From assembly GCA_973851085.1 (NCBI GenBank), contig OZ316776.1, positions 11,346,001 through 11,410,000 of the forward strand: a stretch of DNA of 64,000 bases, written 5' to 3'. This stretch comes from Ptychomitrium polyphyllum. Lineage: Eukaryota. This document shows, one piece after another, positions 24,707-38,420 of this stretch; position 1 is the stretch's first letter; every line of letters begins with the position of its first letter. The notes under the pieces were generated by a model. It saw only the letters and a list, made by a program, of their open reading frames with translations, had not been told where the DNA came from and searched no databases. Position numbers and translations under genes: made by a program.

Positions 24707-27700
24707 TGTTACTGATAGGATAACTACAAGACACAACTTCAAAATTCTTAAATTAGAAACAAGATATGTTCATATATATTAAAGGTAAAGAACTATAACA
24801 AATTACAAAGACAATGCCAAAAAGTCTGAGCTAGACTACAAAGGATGCGTTGTTGAAACTTAAGATCTTTTCAGCCTTGACTCCTATATACTACAACTAC
24901 AAGCCTTGGAAGCTTCTTGAGAAGCTTGTACTACATAATTTTGTACCCAAGCAACCTTGAATTGCTTTATTGGAAGCTTCTTAAACCAAGGAGACTTCTA
25001 TAGAAACTTCCTAAGCCGAGGTAACCTCCTTGAAAGCTTCTTTAATTGAGATAACTTCCTTGGAAGCTTCTTAAGCCAAAACAACTTCTTTGGAAGCTTT
25101 GTAAACCTTATAAAAACCTGTCTAGATGCTTCTAGTATATATGTCCGTGACATTACTTCCTCTTTTAGCTCCGAGGTCTCTAAATTCTCCAAAGAGCATG
25201 TTGCAACAAGTGCTTGAAGTTGTAAGAAGTTAAAAATTTGTTGCATGGTGTCTGCAACATACTTCAATTGCCTTTCTTGATTCAAATGGTTCATGGATCC
25301 TTGTAACTATTGAGAGTGTCCAACGCCTTCTACTTGGGACCGAGCATGAACTTCCATATCTTTGTTGTGAAAGCGTCTTCCAAATATTGCTTCTTGATAA
25401 CCTTCGTAAGCTAGTTCTACTTAATAAACAATCATTAACATTCTATTACTAGATATCCTTTGACGTCTTCTTGATCCAATCTATTTTCATCACAAGATCG
25501 TTGACAAGAGCTACTAGATTGGATTGTCACAACTGGCATGATATTTGCATCTTAACTATCCATATCTAAAATATTGAGTTAATTTCAAGGAATTATGATA
25601 ACTTCAAAATACAAACGACTAATTTCTAAATCATGTCTGGACTTTGAAGACTTATGTCATAGGAATTGTTTTCTCTCCTACTTAAAAGCCTAAACATCAA
25701 AAACCTCCAAGGTTACGCAACCTTACAAAGCCACTATTCTTTGTACTGCTACATTTGGTTTGAATGGATGTTGTTGATGGAACTTACAAACTTTTACTAG
25801 TAAATTGGCAAGATTGTTAGCTGGCTTCCATGTACGTTCATTGATGTCATATCCGCGCTAATGAAGCAAATATTCTAACTTTTCACATCTAATTCGTATA
25901 TTAAGTATTTTTTTCCACTTCAAATTCATGATGATTGTTTATATTAAGAGCAGCTACCAACAGCTGCCATCATTCAAGAATGCTTGATTCTTTATAAGTT
26001 TCCAAAAGCAAAATGTGATAGACGTGATGTGCTTTCATTGATGTTGGTAGCTCCAAACGATATGCTACATGGTCAACTTGTTTTTCGATTGCAAATGGTC
26101 CCAATCTGCGATAGTTCAGCTTGTTACATGGCCTACTGGTCCTTATATTGCGTCGTAGGAGCCACATCTTTTCACCAACTTGGAATGGAGGTTGTTCATT
26201 TCTTATTGCATCTGCTCCTGTTTTATATTGTTTTCAAGCTTCTTCTAGTTGCGTCTTCATGGTTGTTTGAAGCTCTGCCATCTTTGTCGCAAATTCCTCT
26301 TTTATTGGATTCTCAGATTGTGAAGGTTGTAATACATCCATCTTTGGATGATGTTCATAGTTGGAGTAGAATGACGTTTGTTGGGTGGTAGCGTGAGTGG
26401 TGTTATTGTAGGCAAACTGAATGAATGTCAAGTAAAAAGTCCAATCATCTTGGTGGTAGTCGATGGTATACCTCAAATATTGCTCCAAAATTTGGTTCAC
26501 TTGCTCTGTTTAGCCATCAATCTAAGGATGGAAGGTAGAGGAAAATTTGATGTCCACCTTAAGAATTTTAAAGAGCGACTTCCAAAATCTTGATACAAAT
26601 TGTGGTCCACGATCTGATATAATATCGTCAGGTAATCCATGGTAGCGGTAGACATTATCCATAAAGAATGTGGTAGTCTCTTCACTTGTAATTATCATCT
26701 TACAAGGTACAAAATGTGCCATCTTGGTCAATCAATCTACTACAACAAAGATGGTATCAAAAGAATTTGATGGTAGAAGATTTGTAATGAAATCCATTGA
26801 AACAGACGACCACGGTTGCCTTGGAATAGGCAGTGGTGGAAGAAATCCATATGGACGGTGTCGAGGGTTTTTTGACCGAGAGCAAGTATCTCACGAGAGT
26901 ACAAACTTCTTGACAACCTTCTTCATTTGAGGCCACCAAAAGTCTCGAGAGAGGAGTTCTAAGGTTTTTGTTGAATCCAAATTATCCAGTTGCAGAAAAA
27001 TCATGATGTCTTTGAAGTACACAAAGTCAAATTGGTCTTTCAGGAATATATAGACGTTCTTTAAAGTAGAGAAGTTTGTCTTCTAATTAAACTTAGACAC
27101 ATTTTCAAGGAAGTTGTTGGAACAATGCTTGATATCAAAAATAAGAGGGTCCTTGGTAGATGCCACACAAACCAAGTCAAGAAACAATAAATCCAGCAGA
27201 GTTGAAATGGCGGTTGCACGTACATAAAATCCTTTAGGTTTCAACAAAGTTACTCATTGTTGATCATGAGCTGCCTCTCCTTCCTTTGGTGCAAGATATG
27301 AGTGCCTTGACAAAGCATCTTACAAGCCTTGTTGTTTTTTTGGGTTGATATGTGATGCAAAAATCAAACCAAGTCAAAGACATATTCCAACAAGCTTGGC
27401 AACAATTGAGAATATGAGTAGACATGAAAATTTCCAAGTTCTTGTAGTCTATATATACAATAATTGGATGCGTGATAGCCTTAAGCAAGTGACGCCATTC
27501 TTGGAGGGAATCCACAATTGCAAAGAGTTCTTTATTGTGGATCCTATAACTGATTTCTGCAGGTGAAATTTTTCTGGAATGGAATGCAATCAAATGGATT
27601 CTCTCTTTTCCTTCCATTTGTAACAAAAATGCTCCTAGTGCATACTCGGAAGCATCTGTTTCAAGATGAAATTACTTCAAAAAGTCCGGATGAACCAGGA

Positions 27701-30364
27701 TAGGAATTGTGTTAAAAGCTTGTTTCAAATTTTTGAATGCATCATCAGCATTAGATATCCACTCAAGCTTTTCCTTGCATGTTAGTTGCGTGAGTGGTGC
27801 AGCTGTTCTTGATGAAAATCATATAGAAGTTTGCAAATTTATGAAAATATTGGACATTATGTATCGATTCTAGCCTCGTTCAATCGCTCATTGCTTCAAC
27901 TTTCTTTGGATCCATCAATAGTCCTTTGTTGGAGATGATATATCCAAGGAATTTGACCTGAGGTTTGTGGAATATACATTTATCTAGCTTGACATACAAA
28001 CCGGCATCACGTAGCTTTTGTAGGACTATGCGGACATGTTGTTCATATTCCTCTAGATTCTTTGAATAGATCAAGATATCATCCAGATAGTATACAATAA
28101 AATCATCGAGGCACTTCCAAAATATGTAATTCATTAAATGTTGAAAATGGCGGGTGCATTGGTAAGTTCAAAAGGCATGACATTGTGTTCAAAATGTCCA
28201 TACCTTGTTCAAAAAACCGTTTTCCATTTGTTTTTTTTTTTTATGCGCACCAAATTATAGGCTCCTTGTAGGTCTATTTTGGTATGGATCTTTGTTTGGC
28301 CAAGTTGATCAAGAAGCCCAAATATTAGTGGCAAAGGATATTGGTTCTTCATTGTTATTTTGTTGAGGCCACGGTAATCGACACACATTTGTAAAGATCC
28401 ATCTTTCTTCTTTACAAAAAACATTAGAGCTCCGACAAGAGACTTTGAATGTTGAATGAAGTTCTTGGCTAAGTTTTCATCAATATACTTACATAGTGAT
28501 GAAAGCTTGTTTTGAGATAAATTATAGCTAGGTTCAAATGGTGGTTGAGCACCATCTTGGAAATCTATGGCATAGTTATAAGGATGATGTTTTGGTAGGA
28601 TGTTTGCATTCTTCTCTTCACATACATCGTTGAATTCCTTATACTTTTTTAGAATGGTTGAGGATGAAGCCACAACTTTGGATATTGAAGTTGCATACAT
28701 AGTAAAAGAAATACTAGTCTTTCTTGCTTTTATAAATGCTCTAGCTCCAATAAAGAAAAGCTTTATGGTCTTAGATTTATAAGATAGTTTAACTTCCTCC
28801 GTAGGCTTAGTAGTTACAGATTCTAAGGATGGAAATTCTATTTTACGGAATGCCCAATCTATTAGCGGATTGTACTTTTTGAACCAAGAAAGCCCTAGAA
28901 TGATGGAATTTGATAGAGACCTAATGACATTAAATATCACTTAGCTACCATGGTTGTCTAATGTTATATTCAATGGATTGGTCTCATGAATAACATTTCC
29001 AGAAGATAATAGTTGACCATCTTTGACTTTTACAAGGATGGATTTGAGTTTTCTTATAATTTTTTTTTAATGGGGTTCAAAAGCTCATGAATTTATCAGA
29101 GCAAGGCTTTTAAGCTTTTGAACACCTAAATAAACATGTATAGTTAAACAAGAAGAAAGATGGGCTGATAGAACATAATTTTTTTTCTTTCTTGTAGACG
29201 AAGCACATCTAGCCGCACGGTCCTCTTGTAGCTGGATGTCCTTGTTTTCGTGCAAAGTATTTGGCTTTGTGGTTGTACTTCTTATTTGATATGTACGTAG
29301 AGGTTTCTTTGGACAATTATGAAATTTATGACTAGGTTTTTTCATTGTACAAACACAACCTTTGCTCTTTTTGTCGCTTCTTTTTATGTTCAGTAAGGGG
29401 CTTGAAGCAAACTACATCAATTTGCATGGGTTCCACTTCCAAACACTTATTAGAAGTAGAAGGGGTTGCAACTACTAAATAGTTGATATATAGCCGAGGT
29501 ATAATCAAAGCCTATTTATCTTGTCGACGTTGAAATAGACGATTATCGCACTTCAAAGCTTGGCTAATGGCCTCATTAAGTGTTTGAGGGTCTGACATGG
29601 ATAACAATAAATCCTTAATCTTATCACTTACACTCCAATGAAATTGACTCATCAGCGCTTCTTCTCCTCAATTAATGTCACATGCAAGTTTTCAAAATTT
29701 TGATGCATTGACATAAAACGTGGCCCTTGGAGTAAGGCACAAATCTTAGTAGTTGCAAAACAAAGCTTGTCATGGTTACCAAATGCTTCTACAAATCCGG
29801 CTAGGAAAGCATCAAAGTTGCTAAGTATGAAAGAATTTTTTCCAAAAAATAGTGCAAACCAAGACAATTCTTATCTTAAGAGCAATGTTCCCATCAAACC
29901 ATTACGCAAAGCGTGTGTATAATACCGTTGAAGTTGATGCAAGGTAATTAGTTGAATTTGGTTTACAAAGCCTCAAAATTTTGAATGCCTTCTATAAAAC
30001 TTTTCTAGAAGGCTAGTTCTTGATGTTTTGGCTGTTGACATTGAATTCTTGGTTTGAACTTGTCCGTCTTCTATTAAATCAGGTCTAGAGTATGAAGCTC
30101 CTAATTTGACTTGGAATAGCAACTGTGGTGTTTTTGCTCCTTGGCCAATATATATGATCGAGTATAATTTTTTGTTTTGATTGGATAAAGTCTTGGTCTT
30201 GATCTTCAATGCTTCAAGGGCATTGATGAAGGATTCTAAGTTGACTTCTTCATGTACTAATATGAAATCAAATAGGAATAGATAAAAATTGCTAAATATG
30301 CAAAAATTAAAGAAAATCCAAGAGACAATATCAGTCTAGAGGAGGATAATCTGCAACCTCTAGA
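24707..30364 (-). mobile_element. Degenerate Ty3/Gypsy chromovirus LTR retrotransposon (gag-PR-RT-RH-INT-chromodomain plus 3' LTR)
   Basis: 3' LTR 24707-25152 (TG...CA) is preceded by the PPT aaaagaggaagtaa. Domains: chromodomain EFEVEKIL...EYLLH*RGYDINERTWKP (about 25750-25930), integrase SDRGPQFVSRFW and LGPF, RNase H IAFHSRK...HNKELFAIV, RT YLDDILIYS and MCVDYRGLN, protease ILGLSW, and gag remnants. Many stops and frameshifts. Confidence 0.95.
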
Positions 30365-31388
30365 TGTCACAAAGATACATATTAGAAACATCTAAAAATG
30401 ATCTTTGACGATTTAGGAAGCTTTTAAGAAAGCTATCTCGGCTTAAGAAGCTTCCAAGGAAGTTTCCTTGCCTTCAAAAGTTTTTGTAGGAGTCATTTTG
30501 GCAAAAGAAGCTTTCAATGAAGCAACTTAAGATTGCTTGAGTACGAAGTTATGTAGTGCTGAGGACATAAGAAACTAGAAGCAAAACAAAGTGTTTCATA
30601 AGAATCAGCTTCCAAAAAACTAGTAATTAATAAGAATTTATACAAAGACTAGAACAAGGCAGGATATAAGATGATCCACGATTTGTGTTGATAAGACTAA
30701 AGAATACTTTGTCTAGCCTCTTATTTATATTATGACGCTTGTATTTTCTACGATACTTCTAAAGAACCTATCTACAAGGCTTAAGAATGTTCTAGAAGTC
30801 TATGGTACCTTTCCAAGAAGTTTTCTAAGATGTTGGAATCTTCCTAAGAAACTTCCAAAGAATTGGAATCTTCCTTGGGAATTTTCTGAGGTGATAGAAT
30901 CTTCTTTGGAAGTTTTGTAAAGAGCTAAAACCTTCATGGAAAATTTCTTGAGGTAATGGAACTTTCCTAGGAAGTTTCTTGAAATGATGGAACTTTCTTA
31001 GGAAGTTTTATAAGGTAATAAAACTTTCCTAGGAAATTTCCTAAAAATGTAGAAATGGCTATAGAGACATTTGAAAGTATTCTAAGAAGCTATTATAATA
31101 TGCTAGAAGATTCTAGAAGGTTCTAAAGACTATGTTACATAATCTATGTTAGGAACATGTAGTAGAAGCTTTTTAAGAAGCTTGCAAGGCTTGTAGTTGT
31201 AGTATATATAGGAATTGAGGCTAAAAGGATCTTTAGTCTTGATAATGCATCTTTTGTGGTCTAGCTCAAATTTTTTGACTTTGTCTTTGTACTTTGTTAT
31301 AGTTCTTTACTTTTAGTGTACCATAAATATATTTTGTTCTACATTTAGGAATTTGAAGCCTTGTTATAGAGTTACTTTCTCTGTAAGA
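30365..31388 (+). mobile_element. Gypsy LTR (family A), plus orientation, split by a nested solo LTR
   Basis: 30365-30556 and 31158-31388 together align with the LTR at 24193-24611. Confidence 0.75.
30557..31157 (-). mobile_element. Solo LTR (family B) with a 5-bp target-site duplication TGTAG
   Basis: TG...CA termini, tgtag at 30552-30556 and 31158-31162, and close similarity to the LTR at 54928-55510. Confidence 0.9.
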
Positions 31389-33062
31389 GTAATTGTTCAT
31401 TCACTTCAATTATTTATTGCTAATATGGTTATACCTAAAAATGATTATTACTTGTCAAGTCTTCTTAATACATTATAAAACTTTTGAAAATTATGACACT
31501 TGCATATGTTATTGTACAAATTGTATCATAAATAATGCTCAAATTGACACAAATTTAACAAATTAACAATATTGAAGCCAAACCAAATCTACAGATCACC
31601 TAATTTCTCTATTGATGTAATATCAAACATCACACATTTAAAGTTTAAATTCTTACGAATATATATATTCAAAACTTATGAAAAAGAGTTTATTCATAAA
31701 AAGAATTTACACCACAGTCAAAATGATGAGCAATTCCATAACATACTTGAATAACGGATGGAACTGCCTTCCTGGTCAACAACTGAAAGTAGCAATGAAA
31801 CACAGTTGATAGGAATATGGTGTTTTAAGATTTCATGTAATGGATTTGGTATTTTTTTCAGAGGCTCAAATACCAGGTGACTAGCTCTGAAAGAACTACT
31901 CCTACATTGTGCAAGCATGTCATGATACTTTGGTGTATTTAAATCTAGGAGGACAATTATGGGCACAAAGGGATTTTGTAAAGGCGATGTATCCGGATCT
32001 TGCCAGAAAAGTAACTTTCTCCAAACTTTCTCGACGACCAGCGAAGGTCAACGGTACGTCAAATGTCGGCATCCAGAGACAACGAAGAAACGAGTACGTG
32101 ACCACGGCCCATGGCTTGCCGCGCACACCCGACTCTCGCAAAGTAACCTCCAGGCTGCAAACTTTTGTCGAAACTGCAGGAACTTTGACGAACTGTTACA
32201 AAGTAACCTGGGTATCGATAGAAGATCGCAAAGCAGGTCAGGAGAGTGCAGTTACTCGTCGTGGTTGAAGCTGAGCTCCCGGTTGCGAGAAGAGGTGAAG
32301 CATAATATCGGCTGCCAACTGTACAAATGACGTCCACAGGATCGACTAGTAATGCCTCAGATTGAAATGAGCAACAAGATCAACAGGGGCATCGTCAGGA
32401 CAGAAGGACCGAGGTGGGAGACTATGGAGGATTGGAAAAGGATGATATCAATCTGGAACAGCACTTGGATGACGTGATCGATATTTTTCTTCTTCTATCT
32501 TGCGTCTTGACATATGGAACGGTGCGAGGTGCGCAACTTGATTGAAAGCTTTTCTGAGCACCTTCCATGAGTATACTGCTGGAACTGACTGTCGGCTGAA
32601 CTAAACTGAATAGCGCTCAATGCGACTCGGTCATCTGTAGCTGGTTGTATTATTTGCAAGGTGTTGCGACATCCTATTCCGAGCAAGCTTGTGGCTAAGC
32701 GTTGACACATCCAAGCCTACGTTAGTAATGCACTTTACAAATCCCAACCGGGATTATTGCAAATAGTTGCCGCCATGATGACTTTACGAGCCACAGCGCC
32801 CGTTGTATCGTAGTTCGTCGGTATTGCAGACAGTCCTCGAGGACACGGGGATTGGTTTGCCACGATTGTTCGTCGGTCGATGCAGGCCACTTATATACAA
32901 CCTCAACAACATGATCTCGTTATTAACACAGTTTGTACTCGATTTCAAGCGAGAAGAGATACCTGGGTTGGATAATCAGAGACTAGAAGTTGTTACAAGT
33001 TGTTGGTTACGAGTTGGTTGACAAGAAGGGGAGGAGTGGCGAGTTACATAAGAAGCTTGTCA

Positions 33063-36000
33063 ATGCTTTGGTGTAGCAGGATGCAGTACCTGATCGTAGT
33101 GGTATTGGTGTGCCTTGTCTTCGTTGCTCCTCCAGCTCTGTCGGTCACCGATCCTGGCGATGGCAAGACTCCCTGTCCATTTTATTTTTTTTGGACTTAT
33201 TTTCTCTTATTTTGAAAACTCTTCTCCTATTACGAACGTCCAGGTTTAGTGTTCAAGGTTTGTGCTGGTTTTATGTTTCAGCCCCTGAACTACTTAGACG
33301 AGTGTAAAAGCACGATGACGGGGGTGGCTGCAGCTGCCGGTATAGCCGGAGCTAGCATTGCCTTTAGTTTTATTTTCTTTTGTGAGGTCTGATCGCGGAG
33401 GCCCGTCACTGCATATTGGCCTTAACAACGGATGAGACTCGATTTAGAAAGAACTTTGAAAGGTGAAATGAATTTAGAAGAGCTTAGAATTGAGGAGAGG
33501 CTTGTAAACCAGACGAAAACACTTCCTTGAGAAGATCAATGGCGTAGGTCTACAGTTCCTCGTGTTTTCACTTGCACAGATGGGAATTGACATGAGTTTA
33601 ATGTTGTTTTCATTACTAAATTTACTCTGTGCGATGCAGTGAATGTTTTGCACAAATTGCAACGTGTGTGGGGTGGGGACACGTTGTTGTGGAGTGGGAC
33701 GTCAGATCCTTGCGCTGATAGATGGACAGGTGTTATTTGCGATGCCACCAACAGCAGAGTGACATCCTTGTACTCACTTCCCCTTGGCTTTACAATAGGC
33801 TGTCATGCCAGAATTACGACAGTAACTGCTCATGCCATAGGCTGATATGCACCAGTTGTGATTATATTACCCAGTTTATTGCTGGCATACTCTTCAGAAT
33901 CTGAGAATATTTCGCTTCCATGGATCTTGTGCAGGTATTTAGTAAGCAGAAGAATTGTTGGAGAAATTCCTCCAGAGCTTGGATCTCTTTCTGCTCTTCA
34001 GAATCTGTTAGTGCTCCCCTCTAAATCCTTCGTGTACATTACTACTCTCTGTATTGATTAAGTGCTAAGAATAGCACTGTAAGCAGATTGCTCATGCATA
34101 TATCCTATGCTTTCATTTGCTTTTCATTCTTCAAGTACTTGGTGTTTTTGGTAATATTTAGGTGTAAGAAGACTTAGCTTGATTTAGGTGAGCATGTCAA
34201 TGCTATTACCAGTCACATTTTAAGATTATCCTGACTAAAGCTTGCCGTATTTGCAGGGACCTCTCCTTCAACGGTTTGACTGGCCAGCTACCTCCTGAGC
34301 TGGGTTCCTTAACCAACTTATTATATCTGTAAGTTCTATCCTAATTGCGAGATGTAATGGTGAATATATTCAATTGATGCTGCGTGCTTCGATTTTCAGA
34401 TTTTTCCAGAATCACGAGGTCAGTGCTTAACTTCTAGCCATTGATAAGTAACGTTCTTCCATATATAGATTGGTCCCTTTCGATTGATGTATTAACATCA
34501 CGTGTCATTAGAAGAGGATGCGATCTGCTCTAAAATATTTCTTGCTTTACAAGAAATAGGCTTGACTTTGTGATTTACTTACAGGAGTGTGCAGAGCTGT
34601 AATATTTCAGGTCCAATCCCCGCCTTCCTTGGGAAACTGGTCAATTTGACGTTCTTGTAAGTTCCAAACAACTTTTGGTGCTGGATAGCTTCTGATTACT
34701 TATTCTGCTATGACTTTTTGCAAGCAGAGTGCTTCGTCGAGAGTTGGGCACTCAGTATCTGTAGGTTGTGTTCTGCAGTGCTTTGAATAACAATCAGCTC
34801 AATGGACCCATACCATCTTCTCTTGGTGCAATCAAACAGTTGAGGTGGTTCGACGTTGCTTACAATAGGTTAACGGGTCCTTTACCAGTCTCAACAACCA
34901 GTTCCGACAAACTGGGTCTTGATACTTGGCCTGTCGTTGAACATTTGTAAGCCATTTTTTTTCTGTTCAGAGAACTTGCCTTGGAACAATTCTCAGCATT
35001 CGTATAATCATGCTATTGCTATGTTCACTGTACTACTTGGCTGAAACTTATGCTGTAAAGATTTTCTTCAAAGAACTCGGGACCATGTCACAACAGATGG
35101 AGTTTGAGCCTGTACTTTTTTACGGAGATCACGAAGAGGAGAGGCAACAATTATATACATTTGTTTCTAATTTTAAGGGAAAATTACCTATTGAATTCAA
35201 TTGTGTTTGATTGTAGACATCTGAATGACAATGCATTCTCAGGCACTATTCCAACTGAATTAGGGCGTGCCACGAAGTGTAAACACCTGTGAGTTCTCTC
35301 CACACGGTTGGTTATTTGTTGCATATTCCAAGTACTCTCACATTTAACAGACAGAAGGTTCTGATAATATTTTATGCTTTTCCTTTGCGTTTCGTTTAAA
35401 GGCTTTGGTTATAGTTGAGCGTTTACTATGGAGTGAAACCTGGTATACTTTGTGTTGAACATTGGGTACTTATCACTTTCTTTGATGTTTCGTGATGTTT
35501 TGTTTGTCATGAACTAGAGTATAAATAGAATTTGAGTTTATAAGCCTTGGCATGTGCAGGTTGCTTGAGCGCAATGCATTCAGTGGATCGATTCCTGAAA
35601 GTTTAGGAAATCTTTCCAGTCTTCAGATCCTGTAAGTGATCTGCTATTTCATGTAAATATAATCCGTTGGCTTTGCTTTGTGATGTCTGTAAGTGGGCAT
35701 TGGATCAAGCAGATATGTGTTCTTAGATGCGTTTTCAGCAATGCTTCACGTGTAGCTTGATTATCTTTATTGAACTCGTGAAAGCGTTATGGTTCTCTGT
35801 TTTAGAATTCCAAGTAACTGCTAAGTTGTTGTGTTCTTCGTTTACCTGGACGAGTACTTCTTCTGTTGGTTTTTCTCAATGGATTAAAAGAGGATTTTGA
35901 ATGACTATTCTTATGCAACAGGAATCTTAACAACAATCAACTGAATGGTTCTATCCCCACTACGCTGAACAAAATCAAAGAAGTTGGCACTACCTACACC

Positions 36001-38420
36001 GGATTACACCAAATGTATGTCCAACTCGGTCTCCTTCCACCTCATAAGATGCAATGACTTAAATTACCTTTACTTCTTATGTATCAATCAAAATGGAATG
36101 TTTATCAGGTGTTTGTTCTTAAGCTATATATTAACTTATGGCAGAAAAAGCAAGCCTGGTGACGACTTGTTCCATTGTATTTTGTCTCTTTGACTCAGTT
36201 TTTGTTCACGTTGTCATGGTCTTTAGTCGTGTGTCCAACAATCTGCTCACCGGGACCGTGCCAAATTTCAAGGGTCTCAACAAGCTCGAATATGTGTAAG
36301 AGAGCTTGCTATTTGCATCGACCAGCCTTGTAACCATGTGATTTAGTCGTTTGCTGCTGGATTTTTTGTTGAGTTGTCAGTGTTATAATTGACGCATTTT
36401 GTTTATCAAATTGATATAGAGTTGGTATTGCATTTTAGACAGATTGTATTATGCTTCATAATTCTTTCAAGATATTCCAATTTTCATTTCTACCACGTAT
36501 TACTATATGCATGTCAAATGCACTCTCTGATTTCCTGAATATTCAACGGCAAGGTTGCTGTGTTTGTTGACTTAACGATTGTAATGTTATGCCCTGCAGT
36601 GATTTCAGCAATAATTCTTTCGATCCACAACCTTTCCCTGGATGGTTAAATGCGTCCTCAAGTATACTTCAGACAATGTAAGATAAACCAACCTGTTAAA
36701 GTACATGAATGAGTAATTCTTCATCGGATTTTCAAATTGGAATTGGTAGCATCCTTCATGGTGCTGAATCGCGAATCCTTCATAGCTGCCAGCTGATTGC
36801 CAGCTCGTACGTTGGTCAAGCTTTCATTGTTATTTTGTGCGTGTTGGGGATTACAGAAAATTCGAAAACGGTAATCTGATTGGGTCACTGCCTACTGACA
36901 TCCTGAGTTATCCCGCACTTGAGGGCCTGTGAGTGTTTAAACCACTTCGCTAGAGTTGTCTTCAGAGTTGTTTATTTTCAGCTGCTTCCGGTGTCCTGAA
37001 CTTTAATCTTTACTTGTCATCTTGGAAGAAATAGGGGATCTGCTCAAGAGCCATGGCCTGACGTTTTAGTTTGTGCTCGATAGGTTCCTCCAGGATAATC
37101 AGATAAATGGAACCTTGAGAATCCCAGAAAACCTGGGAGAGAAGTTGCTATATGTCTATTTGAAAAACAACTCGATCTTAAGCGTTGATCAGGCTAGTAA
37201 CAATACGAAGTTACCAGAAATTCAGTGAGTTCTCTTTTCTCAGTGCCTTCGTAGGTGTGCTTGGCATATCAGGGTGTTTGGCGAGAATTTGTACAGCTCT
37301 AAGCAGTCTTGGGCTTTGCCCATAATTGCCTTAGTCATGTTGATATGTGTAGGGGTTACATCCTGTATCCTGTTCCCTAAAGTGGATTTTTTCAGTTGTA
37401 TATCACTGTGGATATGACTAGATTTTCCATGTATTTGTGATTAATCAGACTCTTCAGGATTTTAATGTATTTGTAATAACGTTTATATTATATGCTGCAG
37501 GTTACAGGGGAATCCCGTTTGCACAGGTGCAGGGATTTCGACAGCAAACCCGATTGTATGCAATGCATTTCAAAATCCAATTGCAACCCAATGGACCTCA
37601 CCTCTAGTCATGACCAACAATTGCCAGGCTTGTAAGGATTCCAGGCTTACCTTGAATCCCTACACTTGCTTCTGCAGTGTGCCTCTTATTGTAACACTTC
37701 AAGTTCGAGAACCAATCTTTACAAGGATCGACGATGAGACTCTATGGAAATCATTGAAGGGCCAAACGTATGATTCCCTAGCAAACCTCACCGCCGAAAG
37801 TAACCCTCCATTGAAACTGGTGGCTTCTCAGATATGGGTTCGTGATGCATCCTACAATGGCAGCTTCTCGAACCCACAAGTCAGGCTGTTTTTCTTCCCA
37901 GAGACCAATGTCCAATCCCTAGTCCATACTACTGTAGATTTTATCAAGATGAGCTTCACGACTCAAAGAATCCATTATCTTACTCCTTTCAAGCCGCAGG
38001 TTGTTATAGAGATCATCTTCGCCTTGCTAGGTAATTTCTAACACAACTCATACATATATACGTCTGCACGTCTCGTTTCATATAGTTGTTGCGGCTTAAT
38101 CGGTAACTCAGCCTTCGTGAAGTTTGATTGATATGCTCAACGTTGTCCTTATGAATTGTTCTACTCCATCCATTTGCTAGAGCCTAAACACAGTTACGTG
38201 CTGCATATCAATCGGTTCTTTGTTTGGCTGTTCTGAGCTCTATGTTGTAAAGTTTAAGGTCCAGGCTGCTCAAGTCGGTTGGTGTGTTTGTGATGCAGAC
38301 CTGCTTTTAGGAGTATCAACCAGTCCTGGCACCCCAATTTGGGTCATTGCTATAAGCGTTTTGGGAGGTGTTGTAAGTCTTATTATTTCTTGTTTTTGTA
38401 TTTGCGCCTGTTGTCGATAG
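33063..38420 (+). CDS. LRR-VIII-1 (HPCA1/CARD1-like) receptor ectodomain plus transmembrane helix, no kinase domain (receptor-like protein)
   Basis: 15 exons: signal peptide (MQYLIVVVLVCLVFVAPPALS), LRRNT cap (WSGTSDPCADRWTGVIC), about 11 LRRs mostly on 72-nt exons, then LQGNPVC, CQAC...TCFCSVP and a juxtamembrane domain. The TM IWVIAISVLGGVVSLIIS is followed by CFCICACCR* at 38420. Confidence 0.88.

Noticed and set aside
24998..25294. 98-aa ORF with KKL repeats
   Set aside because: It runs into the LTR's internal tandem repeats and is an artefact.
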